A stretch of 64,000 nt of DNA, taken from positions 19,716,001-19,780,000 of the forward strand of contig OX597840.1 in NCBI GenBank assembly GCA_951406725.2, read 5' to 3'. A program made the position numbers and the translations under genes. This stretch comes from Octopus vulgaris. Lineage: Eukaryota. Shown piece by piece: positions 1 to 13,848 of the stretch. The notes under the pieces were generated by a model, which was given only the letters and a program-made list of their open reading frames with translations, had not been told where the DNA came from and ran no database searches. The stretch's first letter is position 1, and each line of letters starts with the position of its first letter.

Positions 1-12
1 ACATCTTTAGAC

Positions 13-127
<115 letters not shown>

Positions 128-182
128 ATAGACGTGTGTGTATATATGTGAGTGTGTGTGTTTGTATATATATATATTCTAC

Positions 183-260
183 CCAAAACTGTCCGACGAA
201 CGGCAACGGAAAACTCAGAGTAACAGGTTTTGTTGAATTTTCTGCTGCTTTGAATAAAGT
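183..260 (+). mobile_element. TA-embedded mini-element family A carrying a degenerate minimal hammerhead
   Basis: caaaactgt-ccgacga-acggcaacgg-aaaactcagagta-acaggttttg; homologous copies near 2313, 11939, 23484 and 55156. Confidence 0.7.
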
Positions 261-297
261 ATATATATATATATATATATATATCATATATATATAA

Positions 298-392
<95 letters not shown>

Positions 393-393
<1 letters not shown>

Positions 394-525
394 TTTCAGT
401 TTCTGTCCATTAAATCCACTCAGTCCACTTATAAAGGTTTGACACTTGCCTAAGGTTCCGAGCAGTGGGACTGAACCCGAAACCACATGGCTGCAAAGTG
501 GACTTCTTAACCACACAACCATACC
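393..525 (-). mobile_element. tRNA-derived SINE family 1, diverged 5' fragment
   Basis: Aligns by eye to the head of the full-length copies at 37976 and 48562. Confidence 0.8.
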
Positions 526-1002
526 AATATCTATGTATATCTATACGCACACCCACCCCACATACACACACACATAACACACACATGTGTGTGTGTGTGT
601 GTGTGTATGTGTTTGTATGTGTGTGTGTCTGAGTGTGTGTGTGTATGTGTGCGTATATGGATAAATATATATGCGTGCGTATATCCATATATGGAAACCC
701 GAGAGAGAATAAGCGTAACACACAGACAGACTGACTGACAGACAAACTGACTGACAGACAGACAGACAGACAGTCAGGCAGGCAGGCAGGCAGACGGGTG
801 AGACAGAGATGCCAGCTGTCGCAGGATACATTGATAGTGACATTAGGAATGGGATTTCAACGATAATCCGTTAACCTGATAAACCCGAAGACACCCGCTT
901 AGCGCTCATCTTCGATGCGGCAAGGAGCGGGGTTATTTGAGACAGGATGTGTTCCGTTCCGTAAAAGTACCCCATATCTTAAGATAGGTTATACCCGAGA
1001 AA

Positions 1003-1188
<186 letters not shown>

Positions 1189-1579
1189 GCGTCCATATTA
1201 GGCGTAGGTATCCTTTTACGAGAAGCGGGCCGCATGAGACGTGGCTGATCATCAAGCGGGCCGCATTACTAAGAGAAAATTCGAGGCAGTTTTTCGTTAG
1301 GGTGTGCCATTTGGAAGGCCCCCTTAGGCAGCAGTTTGCTCACGTTTGTTCTACGAGCACGCTGGAGCTGCTAGAAATAAGAGTCAAGTCAAATAATTTC
1401 AACGTCTTACAGAAAAGGAAGGACACGTAAGATACTGTACGTCCCCTGGTCCTTAGATAACCCCCCAGAAAGAAAAAGGGGGGTCGTTTCAGCTGGGACA
1501 CCCTTAATCATGCGAGGGTGCAGTCGGGGGGATCCGAGTCTAAACAACAACATCGACTAACGACTCTGTCGTCATTCTG

Positions 1580-1659
<80 letters not shown>

Positions 1660-1712
1660 GGTGGTGGTGGTGGTAGTAGTAGTAGTAGTAGTTGTTGTCG
1701 TTGTTGTTGTTG
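1580..1712. repeat. compound (TAG)n/(TGG)n/(TTG)n triplet repeat
   Basis: Direct observation. Confidence 0.95.
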
Positions 1713-1904
1713 TGGGTATGACAGTGAACTGTCTTTAATAAATTCCAACAGTCATGTCTCAGATAAGTTTTTATCATTTTAAAACTCTTCTAAGATTTCG
1801 CATCTTTACATTTTGGATAAGAATATAATCCGTGTGTGTGTGTGTGTGTGTGTTGTATGTATATATATGTATATATATATATGTATGTATGTATGTATGT
1901 ACGC

Positions 1905-1951
<47 letters not shown>

Positions 1952-2312
1952 ACTAAAGTGAACAAGGGCACTAATCAGCAACCGTATTGCTAGAAATAAG
2001 AGTCAAAACAACTCAAAAGCCACAGAAATGCTCTCTTAATGAGCTGACAAAGGAGGCATTTTCAGATCATCGTTGATTTCACATTCTGATGCTTAACGCT
2101 TCTAACTGCTCATCGGTGACTCTTACCGAGCCTGGGGTTAAACTCATCTCGCCTAGTCGGTTTATAAGATCTCTGTTGAAATCATTCTGATTTCAACAAT
2201 GGTAAATGTGAGAATTATAAATAATCTGTGTGGCTACTTCGCAATTTTACAACCTAAAGTCAAAAATATATACGTCACTACAGTGAACAAGAGTGTATAT
2301 ATGTATTCTAGC

Positions 2313-2390
2313 AAAAACTGTCCGACGAACGGGAACGTGAAACTCAGAGTAACAAGTTTTGTTGAACTTTCTGCTGCTTTTAAATGAAGT
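2313..2390 (+). ncRNA. family A minimal type I hammerhead-like motif (variant core CCGACGA)
   Basis: Stem I aaaaactgt/aca(a)gttttt; stem II acg-GGAA-cgt; GAAA; stem III ACTC-A-GAGT; site GUA. Confidence 0.55.
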
Positions 2391-2404
2391 ATATATATAT
2401 ATAC

Positions 2405-2493
<89 letters not shown>

Positions 2494-2584
2494 ATCCAAA
2501 CAAGAAAACACAGAAAAAAACACAGCAACGCGAGGACGTGGAACAATTAAAGTATTATTTGACGCTCAGGAAAGAAGGGAAGGA

Positions 2585-2639
<55 letters not shown>

Positions 2640-2640
<1 letters not shown>

Positions 2641-2815
2641 GGAAAGTTTACGAAAATAAACAAAAGACGAAGACAGGTGGTGTAGAAAGCAAACAGATGT
2701 ATTAGTATAACGCTCAGGAATAGAAAAAGTCTTTTACGTTTCGAGCCTATGCTCTTCTACAGAAAGATACACAGAAAGGAGAGAAACAAGGAGAGAAAAA
2801 AAATGCGTTTAGTAG
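2640..2815 (-). mobile_element. TA-embedded mini-element family B (variant hammerhead)
   Basis: Reverse complement of 5630-5782; further copies near 11072 and 34010. Confidence 0.75.
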
Positions 2816-2850
2816 CTATATATATATATATATATATACGTGTGTGCATG

Positions 2851-2916
<66 letters not shown>

Positions 2917-3499
2917 TTTTCTGCTTTTTATCATTCAAATTCTTCCTCTGAAGGACCTGGGGAGAGAGAGATAGAAAGAAAAAGAGAGAGTAAGAGGGAG
3001 AGAGTGATCACTTTCGATACGGAAAGATCATCATTCCCATAACTCTGAAATATTGAAAGGAAATACTGAATATAAAGAACAACCCGTTTCCAAAAGACCC
3101 TCAGGAAGTTTCCATAGAATTCACAAAGTCATCGTCCGTGTGGAGACGCAGAGTCGTGACGACCGAATGGTCGAGTATTCCGGACGCTTCCATTAAGTGC
3201 TACGTGCTATTGTACAGAAAGTCTTTGTTCAGGTCAGATTTAACCATTTGACTGTCCAAAGCATTTTCATATGTTTGTACTGAATGTCCAAGTTCGTCTT
3301 CGTTTATTGTGTTACAGTCGTTTGACTGCGGCTGTGCTGGAGCACCGCCCTGGCGGGCTTTTATAGTCGAACAAATCGAATCCCAGGACTTATCTCTTTT
3401 TTTTTTTTTAAGCCTAGTACTTATTCTATCGGTCTCTTGTGCTGAACCGCTAAGTTACGGTGACGTAAACACAGCCAGTTGACTTAAAGGCAGGTAAAG

Positions 3500-3757
3500 A
3501 TAAGGTAAAGCTTCCTTCTCGAGTCATAGCAGGCTTATGAGGGCCTGTTTCCTGGTCTCCGTAGCGTATATGTTCCCCACCTGGATGGGACACCGGTCCG
3601 TCGCAGGACTTCTCATTTTTGCCAGTTGAGTGGACTGGAGCAACATGAAATGAAGTGTTTTGCTCAAGAATACAATGCATTGCCCGGTCCAGAAATCGAA
3701 ACCACAATCTTCCGATCATGAGTCCAACACCCTAACCACTAAGCCACGCGCTTCCAC
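3500..3757 (-). mobile_element. tRNA-derived SINE family 3
   Basis: Minus strand begins gtggaagcgcgtggcttagtggttagg (box A) and has ggtttcgatttc (box B), followed by a SINE body and a tttacc tail. Confidence 0.75.
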
Positions 3758-3916
3758 ACCTAAGGGTAGGCATTTGTTATTATAAAACACCAATATCAGA
3801 CAGAAAAGAACAACCTGTCCTCAAGCAGGACTTGAGCCATGAATCCTCGATTGCTAGGCGACTGTGCAATCAATAACACAGCTGAGTACCCGCTATTAGC
3901 CTCCCCTCGAAGTAAA

Positions 3917-4699
3917 TCTCTGTATATATAAAGCTGAAGTTGTCTGTGTGTGGCAGGTTTGGTAGCCTTCAACTAACACTATTTCCTTCGAGACCCTGCG
4001 GCGCAAGTTGACCAAAATTGAGAGTATGATAGAGGAAGGCTTGCTCTTCCTTCCGTAGAAGAAATAATTCAGATCGGACCATGTTAACACCAAAAATTAT
4101 TTACATCAAAAAGGTGGGTTTTTTTCTATGAAAATCCCTATTTTTTACGATTTTTTGACTGCCGTGTCGTCATTTTTCGTTGTATTTCAACCAGAAAAAT
4201 GTTCACTTAAAGAGAATAACAAGCTACATAATGCAAAATTTTTACTTTTCAAAAAATTTCAATTCTAAAGGGTCGAAACAAACCCGAGCAACGCCGGGCG
4301 ATACTGCTAGTATATATATAAAGCTGAAGTTGTCTGTGTATAGCAGGTTTGGTAGCCTTCAACTAACACTATCTCCTCCGGGACCCTGCGGCGCAAGTTG
4401 ACCAAAATTGAGAGTATGATAAAAGAAGGCTTGCTCTTCATTCCGTAGGAGAAAAAATTCAAATCGGACCATGTTAACACCAAAAATTATTTACATCAAA
4501 AAGGTGGGGTTTTTTCTATGAAAATCCCTATTTTTTACAATTTTTTGACTGCTGTGTCGCCAATTTTCGGTGTATTTCAACCAGAAAAATGTTCATTTAA
4601 AGAGAATAACAAGCTACATAATGCAGAATTTTTACTTTTCAAAAATTCCAATTCTAAAGGGTCGAAACAAACCCGAGCAACGCCGGGCGATACTGCTAG
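3917..4699 (+). mobile_element. two head-to-tail non-autonomous Helitron-like elements (~390 bp each)
   Basis: Near-identical units; 5' TC..tatatataaa; 3' GC-rich hairpin cccgagcaacgccggg followed by CTAG|T at 4310 and 4699. Confidence 0.8.
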
Positions 4700-5114
4700 T
4701 ATATATATAAATTTCTATTGCTTCAGTTATTTTGACAGTACAGTTTCATCTCTGCAAGAGGATTAATCAGTCACTTAGCACTGGCAAGATAGGCCATTAT
4801 TCAAACATGCAAAGTATAGTAAGGTGTTCCATCTTCATTCGATGCGAGCAATGAAAAAAAAAAGACAAATACACGATGAATCAAGCTAAGAATTTACAGT
4901 TAAGACGATAAGGTGTATAGTGTTAGAGGTGTTTACAGTGTATATGACACCGAAGACGTTATGGAAAAAGAAGAAAGCAGTTTGTGACGGATGACCTGCA
5001 TCGAGTTCACTGCTCGAAAACCAGAAAGAATGCCGAAAAGTATGTCAACCCGTTGACCTAGAAATATTTGAGAGGCTGTGCGTTGTACATGCATACACAC
5101 ATACGTGTATGTAT

Positions 5115-5147
<33 letters not shown>

Positions 5148-5311
5148 CATAGGCATACACATATGTCTTCATTTATATTTATATATATATAGACGTAGAT
5201 ACATACGTTGGTAACTACAGGTCGGCATGTGTGTGTTTACACACCCAACCACATACACACACACACATATATAGATATAGATAGACAGACAAATAGATAG
5301 ACAAGTTTGTG

Positions 5312-5408
<97 letters not shown>

Positions 5409-5500
5409 ATTTGAATGAAGAGTACATCATTAATATTAAACAAGTGCCATAAAATAATAAAAAAACGTGAGCAGGAATAACTGATCAGGGTTACCTTCTT

Positions 5501-5536
<36 letters not shown>

Positions 5537-5594
5537 ACGTTATGTATGTGTGTGTGTAGCTATATATATGTATGTATATATATTTTTTCCTCTC

Positions 5595-5629
<35 letters not shown>

Positions 5630-5633
<4 letters not shown>

Positions 5634-5781
5634 CTCTCCTTGTTTTCTGTGTCCCTTTCTGTAGAAGAGCGTAGGCTCGAAACGTAAAAGACTTTTTCTA
5701 TTCCTGAGCGTTATACTAATACATCTGTTTGTTTTGTACACCACCTGTCTTCGTCTTTTGCTTTTTTCGCAAAGTCTCCCT

Positions 5782-5782
<1 letters not shown>
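5630..5782 (+). mobile_element. family B mini-element with variant hammerhead (5651-5692)
   Basis: ttt-CTGTAGA-a-gagc-gtag-gctc-GAAACGTA-aaagac; flanked by (TA)n. Confidence 0.7.
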
Positions 5783-5832
<50 letters not shown>

Positions 5833-5921
5833 AAATCAAATCTTCTTCTGCTGGATTTTTCAGTTTGTTTAAGAGACTTTTAGATCTGATGTAGTGATTT
5901 TCTTTTGCCTTTTCTGAAGAA

Positions 5922-6375
5922 TTAACCTTTCCTCATCATATAAGACTTATATCTGATGTCTTCGTGGACAACATTTCGACTGTTCCTTCTGACACATGGA
6001 GATCTTTTGTAACTGACCTCAGACTTTCTGGGATTGTAATCAATGGTCTGTTGAACTTGCTGGATGAATTCAGGTGTTCTGATGGTTTCAGAGCATTTAG
6101 AATGCTTTTTATGCTTTGATACTGGTGATACGTTTCCATCTTCAATCTCTAACTCCTTACAAACTTTGTAGACGAAAGATCTGGCAACTTTTAAAATTTG
6201 AGATATTTCTAAATTGCTATGCTCAGCTTTTATAACCACAATAACAGCATGCCTTTTCATTTCTTGAAGAAACTAAGGTTCTGCCATTATTATTTTCTGA
6301 AACAAAGATTATACAGAGTTAACAAAAATGCAGCAATGACCCAAAAGTGGTATGACCCCAAATACCTTACGCACC

Positions 6376-6378
<3 letters not shown>
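5922..6378 (-). mobile_element. Tc1/mariner-superfamily transposon 5' fragment (HTH region, frameshifted)
   Basis: MKRHAVIV...LEISQILKVARSFVYKV...IRTPEFIQQVQQTIDYNPRKS..VSEGTV/RNVVHEDIRYKSY resembles maT/DD37D-type N-termini. Confidence 0.75.
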
Positions 6379-6454
<76 letters not shown>

Positions 6455-6769
6455 TGTGTGTGTCTGTGTGTGTGTGTGTAGGACTTTGTGTCTGGCTTGA
6501 CAACAAAATTGCTTGACAACCGTTGTTGGTGTATTTATATCCCCGTAACTTAGCGGTTCATCAAAAGAGATCTGATAGAATAAGTACAAGGCTTGCAAAG
6601 AATAATTCCTGGAAATCGACTACAAAACCCTTTATCCTGGCGCTCCAGAATGGCCGCACTTAAATAACTGAAACAAGTAAAAATTAAAAGAATATAAATA
6701 TTATTATATTTCGGGACGGTCATTTTTTTCTTACCAAATGAGCACGCGCACTGTATATTCATTCCTCAG

Positions 6770-6858
<89 letters not shown>

Positions 6859-7129
6859 TACATCTATATATACACATACCTACATGTACAATAGTATAGG
6901 AATGTAGGGAAGTTTGATATTTGATACGGTCTCCAAATGAAGGCTATGATTTCATGAAGTGATTGAAGGAGGGAGAGAGGAAGGTTAGACATGGAAATAT
7001 AGATGTAGTGGGGTGGGTGGATGGGAAGAGCGTGGAGGAATGGTTGGGGGAATGGTTTGGGGAATGGTTGGGGAATGGTTGGTGTTGATGGTGATATACA
7101 ATCAGTGCGATGACGACAATGTTGTTGAT

Positions 7130-7132
7130 GAC

Positions 7133-7197
<65 letters not shown>

Positions 7198-7256
7198 CGA
7201 CGACGACGACGATGATGATGACGATAATGATGATGATGATGATGGTGGTGATGATG
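7130..7256. repeat. (GAT)n microsatellite
   Basis: Direct observation. Confidence 0.95.
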
Positions 7257-7349
7257 AAAAGATTACTATAATCGGCGAATATTCACACCACAATCTCCCA
7301 CCCCACCGCATACATACACAGACCAAGCGTCCATACCATGCTATATATG

Positions 7350-7417
<68 letters not shown>

Positions 7418-7938
7418 AATATATACACACATATATATATACATATATATGTATGTATGTGTGTGTATATATATATATATATGTTTGTGTGTATATATGT
7501 GTGTATATATATATATATGTATGTATATATATAGTTATCATTCACTGTCGGGTATCTTCATCCGATTTTACATCGTTCCCCCACCCGCTTCATTCAACGC
7601 ACCCCCACCCACCATATACCCATACGTTCATCACATACCATACATCCACCCCGACCCCCCCTCCCACCCACCCAACGTCCTCTACCCGTACACGCACCCT
7701 TTGCTCCGTTCATCCTCAAGCACCTGTACCTCGTTCTCTCCCGATAAATATCGGCTCATTGACATCCGGGTTTTTTCTCGCTTTATATTTTACAAAATGG
7801 AGAATGTTGAACGCGTGTCGATGTGTACGCGTTTTTTCCTGTTTGTGTGTGTGTTTGTCTGTGAAAACGTGTGTATGTGTGCTTTTGTCACTGTGTGTCC
7901 TGGCTTGCGTGCGTGTACGTGTGTGCAAGCATAGGTCA

Positions 7939-8117
7939 CGGATCTTTTCGGTTTGAACGGCAGCTTTTTAAAATAATTTCCACATAACTAAACACTTTTA
8001 AACTTCGTATACTGGTAGAATGTGTTTATTAAACATCTTTTTTCTCTTGGCTTTATTGAGAAAATTCTATAGTTTGTAAGATATTTGTTGTTTTTTTCTT
8101 CAATTTCTGCAATTTCA
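7939..8117 (-). mobile_element. one end of the MITE seen complete at 56344-56625
   Basis: Same TIR ggatcttttcggtttga and the same adjacent internal sequence. Confidence 0.8.
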
Positions 8118-8179
8118 ACACACGAGCATCAGTTGTCAAGCAATGCTAGGGGGACAAACACAGACACACAAACACACGC

Positions 8180-8212
<33 letters not shown>

Positions 8213-8376
8213 AGACGGGCTTCTTTCAGTTTCCGTCTACCAAATCCACTCACAAGGCTTTGGTCGGCCCGAGGCTATAGTAGAAGACACTTACTTGCCC
8301 AAGGTGCCATGCAGTGGGACTGAACCCAGAACCATGTGGTTGGTAAGCAAGCTACTTACCACACAGCCACTCCTGC
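8118..8376 (-). mobile_element. SINE family 1 (3'-truncated)
   Basis: Matches the family 1 head and middle segment. Confidence 0.9.
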
Positions 8377-8727
8377 GATTGGGGACGAAAGTTCTGCAGG
8401 GAAATGGAGTTACACGAAAACTCTTCACGAATTTTGAAATCCGGTGATTTTCAGGGCAACGACATTCCTGAAGGCGATGACATGAATAAATTTGTTGTTA
8501 ATGAGTTTCTGGGTAAAAGAACATGAAAATCGTCAAGTCAATGGGGATCGTTTTTTTTTTTTTTTTTTTTGTAATTTCTGTTTATTTAGTAATTTTGTAA
8601 TTTTCTATTTCGTTATATCGCTTTTCGGTGCAAGAAAAAACATTTGAACAACCCTGAAAATAAGCCTTAGTGCATCATTTCCGAGTGAAAATTAATATAA
8701 GCCCTGTCTTATTTTCAGGGAAACACG

Positions 8728-9283
<556 letters not shown>

Positions 9284-9799
9284 TATTCTTACACTCACGC
9301 TCGCATACCACTGGTACATACGCTGGTTTTTCTTTATGCCTATATATGGTCACCAATACACGACAAGGCGACATGAACTCACAATAGCAGCTTTCATACT
9401 GTCAACCTTTTATGGCCCGCTTTCATACCGACGCCATTGACGAGCACTACGTGACTCGTTTTCCTCTTTTTCTATTCTGCTTCAAATACCTGTGCATAAT
9501 ACCCGGTGTTTTACGGGCGTTTACGCATGATGTTTTCTCTGTGGGGTGTTTTGTACAGACGGATATATACAAGAGTATTGGGTGGAGAGATTTGATTCAG
9601 AAGTTCGTTTTCCAATCGTGTGGTTACCGGTTCGATTTTAATGCATCGCGCGTTTTTTTTTTTTTGCGTTTTTCCGATTTAGCCGCGCGGGTTTGCTGAA
9701 CGACACAGCGCTGGGGCGCAGTGTTTTGTAGATGAGAACCATTTAAATGCCTATGGTATGTGTGTGCGTGTATGCATATGTATATATACAAATATATAT

Positions 9800-10008
9800 A
9801 TGTGACCTCGTGAATACCGCTGGCGATTTTTTTCCTCTGTCTTCCCTTCTCGGGATCTTTCCTTCTCCTATGTTTCCGGCGAAGAGCTCCGCTCGAAACG
9901 TAAAACCCTCCTTCTTCCCTTCTTTCTTGAGCGTCCAATAATACTTTATTTGTTCCACGTCCTCGCGTTGTTATGTTTTTTTGTTTTTTTGTGTTTTCTT
10001 GTTTGGAT

Positions 10009-10014
<6 letters not shown>
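9800..10014 (+). mobile_element. TA-embedded mini-element family C with variant hammerhead (9872-9906)
   Basis: gttt-CCGGCGA-a-gagc-tcc-gctc-GAAACGTA-aaac; 3' part recurs at 2488-2590 (-) and 10948-11064 (+). Confidence 0.65.
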
Positions 10015-10074
<60 letters not shown>

Positions 10075-10166
10075 TATATGCATATGTGTATGTATATATA
10101 TATGTATATATATGAGTGTGTGTGTGTATAAATATATAAGGGATTTGATAAACAAGTCTATAAATT

Positions 10167-10270
10167 AAAGCCATAAGGAGTGTATAAAGCCATACGGCGT
10201 GTATAAAATCATAAGGAGTGCATAAAGCCATAAGGAGTGTATAAAGCCATAAAGAGTGTATAAAGCCATA
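10167..10270 (+). repeat. 19-bp minisatellite (aaagccataaggagtgtat) x~5
   Basis: Direct observation. Confidence 0.9.
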
Positions 10271-10772
10271 AATGACCGAAAAATACTTTGATGAGATTTT
10301 ATTTCACAATAACAAAATTCAGATATCATGACTAATTGTTTCGTAACTCAAAAACATGTAAATAGTTTATCTATTATTAAGTATATACTAATATAAATTA
10401 TTTACGTGTTTTTAAGTTACGAAACAATTAGTCATGATATCTGGATTTTCTTATTGTAAAATAAAATCTCTTCAAAGTATTTCTTTGTCATCTATGACTT
10501 ATATATATATATAATTAAATTACACCATCTAGAAAATTACATATAATAGAAATATTAAAATTAAAATAACAATAAAATATCAATGATTACGTAAATTGCA
10601 AAAAAAAAATAATGAAACCGTATATAATTATATACGTTTTTCTTTTTCTTTTGCAATTTACGTAATCATTGATATTTTATTGTTATTTTAATTTTAATAT
10701 TTCTATTATATGTAATTTTCTAGATGGTGTAATTTAATTGTTCATTTTGAATTGACAAAAGGTGGTTTTTCT

Positions 10773-10832
<60 letters not shown>

Positions 10833-11599
10833 TATATTATATTATATTATATTGTGTGAAATTTGATTTAGTATTTCTAAATTGAATATTTTTCCCTGTA
10901 AGTTTAGATTTATATTCCCTCAAATAATAATTATAAATATATATACATCGAAACGTTAAATCCTCCTTCTTTCTTTCCTTTCCTGAGCGTCCAATAACAC
11001 TATACTTGTTCCACGTCCTCGCGTTGTTGTGTTTTCTCTTTTTGTTTTTATGTTTGGATTAACTATATATATAGGGAGAATTCCCACAAAAAAAGACGAA
11101 GACAGGTGGTGCAGACAACAAACAGATGTATTAGTATAACGCTCGGGATGTGAAAAAGTCTTTAAAGTTTCGAGCCTACGCTTTTTCACAGAAAGGAACA
11201 CAGAAAGAAACGAGGAGAGAAAATAAAGAATGTGTAGTGGCTAGCGATCATGGCGAATGCCGGACAGAAGGGTCACACAGTAGAGCTAGAGAGAAGGGGA
11301 GATAATAAAGTAGTGGTGATCCCAATAATAAAGTAGTGTATGTGTGTTTCTGGTGATCGTGGTGATGTGGTGGTAGTGGTTGTTATGATGATGGTGACGA
11401 CGACGACGACGACGATGATCATGATGATGATGATGATGGGGTAGTGATAATGATGTATATATATATATATTTATATTTACGCACACACACACGCTGATAT
11501 ATGACCACCGAACCTGGAGCTTAACTATGTCCTGTCTATAGCACTTACTCAGTATTACCTGACATCTTTGGGTCTTCTTGACACCTTTACTTCTCATAA

Positions 11600-11638
<39 letters not shown>

Positions 11639-11938
11639 TAAATTAGAGATAAAACCACTATTAGGCAAATCAAACAGTGAAAGACATAAACCAAAACATA
11701 AAAATAAATATAATTAATATAATATACCAAATACATAAAATATAAAATTTTAAATTTAAATTATTTAAATTAAAAAATTTTAATTTATATTCATAAATTT
11801 TTATATTTTTTAAATTTTAAATCTATAAATTTTTTAACTTTTAATTTTTTAATTTTTTAATTTTTCTTTTATAACTATCAAAAAGTATTAAAAAGTTTAA
11901 TAAAATATAATATAATATAATATATATATGTATATATA

Positions 11939-12086
11939 CCGGAGTAAACACATAAATGTCAAACAAGGTGGAAAAAAGAGTACTCAAATACCAGTTGTAG
12001 AGTAATATGCTTTATTTAAAGCAGCCGAAAATTCAACAAAACCTGTTACTCTGAGTTTCACGTTCCCCTTCGTCGGACAGTTTTTG

Positions 12087-12087
<1 letters not shown>
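11939..12087 (-). mobile_element. family A mini-element
   Basis: Reverse complement of 55208-55352; flanked by (TA)n. Confidence 0.8.
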
Positions 12088-12139
<52 letters not shown>

Positions 12140-12378
12140 TAATAAAATATTAGGGAATAAATCCAAACTTACAGGGAAAAATCAGATTTAGGATTGAATC
12201 TAATTTTATAGTAAAATATTATATTATATTAAATTAGAGATAAAACCACTATTAGGCAAATCATACAATGAAAAACTTAAGCCAATACATAAGATTAATT
12301 AATTATTATTATCTCTTATGTATTGGCTTAAATTTTTCATTGTATGATTTACCTAATAATGGTTTTATCTCTAATTTA

Positions 12379-12447
<69 letters not shown>

Positions 12448-12874
12448 TCATATGACCCTGCCTATTCATACATCCAACCGTGACTATCCAATTGGTTATG
12501 TAGACAGTGTTTCTTAATCAGCTCCATATATATATATATATATGTGCGTGTCTGTGTGTGTGTAAATATATCCTCACAAGACACGACCTACCCACAGATC
12601 CAACCGTAGCCATCTCGTCGTAACTCAGACGTTTTACATCATTACAGATACACCCTACCCACGAATCCAGCACTCCCAAAACACCGTGTCATCGCCGTGC
12701 GGGTTTGATGACGACAGATCGGCCCCGTTTGGGTTCATTAGGTTGTTTTTTTTCTATGATGTCATTTCCCTATTTATCTTTCTCTCGCTAATTAGGCTCC
12801 ACTCTTGTCAGACATATTTTTATTTCGTTTGAAACTCTTTTTGCCCTCTTTTTTCATATTTTTTTTCATATTTT

Positions 12875-12947
<73 letters not shown>

Positions 12948-13152
12948 TGTATGTATGTATGTATGTATGTATATATGTATATATATATGTATGTATATAC
13001 ACATTTATGTACATACATACATATATATATACATATATGTACATAAATGTGTATATATATATATATATATATACCTATACATACATATATATATATATAT
13101 ATTGTATATATACATATATATATATACATATATATATATATTGTATATATAC

Positions 13153-13183
<31 letters not shown>

Positions 13184-13558
13184 CATATATATACATATAC
13201 ATATATATATATATACATATATATACATATATATACATATATATATATATAGGTATGTATGCGTGTCATTATCTTATCTTATCTGGTCGTGACCTTTGTA
13301 ACTATGGTTTTCATCCTCAGCCTCCAAATGTAAACAAATGTTTCGCTAATAGATCTGAAGTGGCGGCGGCGGCAGCAGCGTTGGTGGTTATGGTGGTGGT
13401 GGTGGTGGTGGTGGTGGTGGTGGATGGGAATACCGCAGCGGAGTGATCTATAAGCTGAATGCAAATATGGCAGACTCTTGTAAATGTATACTTGTTTGTC
13501 CGTTTCAATGTTTATGTCTATATCTATCTGTTTACCTGTCTTTCTTTCTTCCTGTCTG

Positions 13559-13633
<75 letters not shown>

Positions 13634-13695
13634 TTATATATATATGATATATATTATATATATATATTCACACACACATAGATTCATATATAAGT

Positions 13696-13732
<37 letters not shown>

Positions 13733-13848
13733 GGTAGCTTCTAAGCTGAAGTGAAGGCAACATGTTCTTTGTCTAACTCCTTGGAGATTTTAGGTAATAT
13801 TATACTAATGTGTCCAACTGTTTTAATTTAATTAAATGCTATGTCTTT

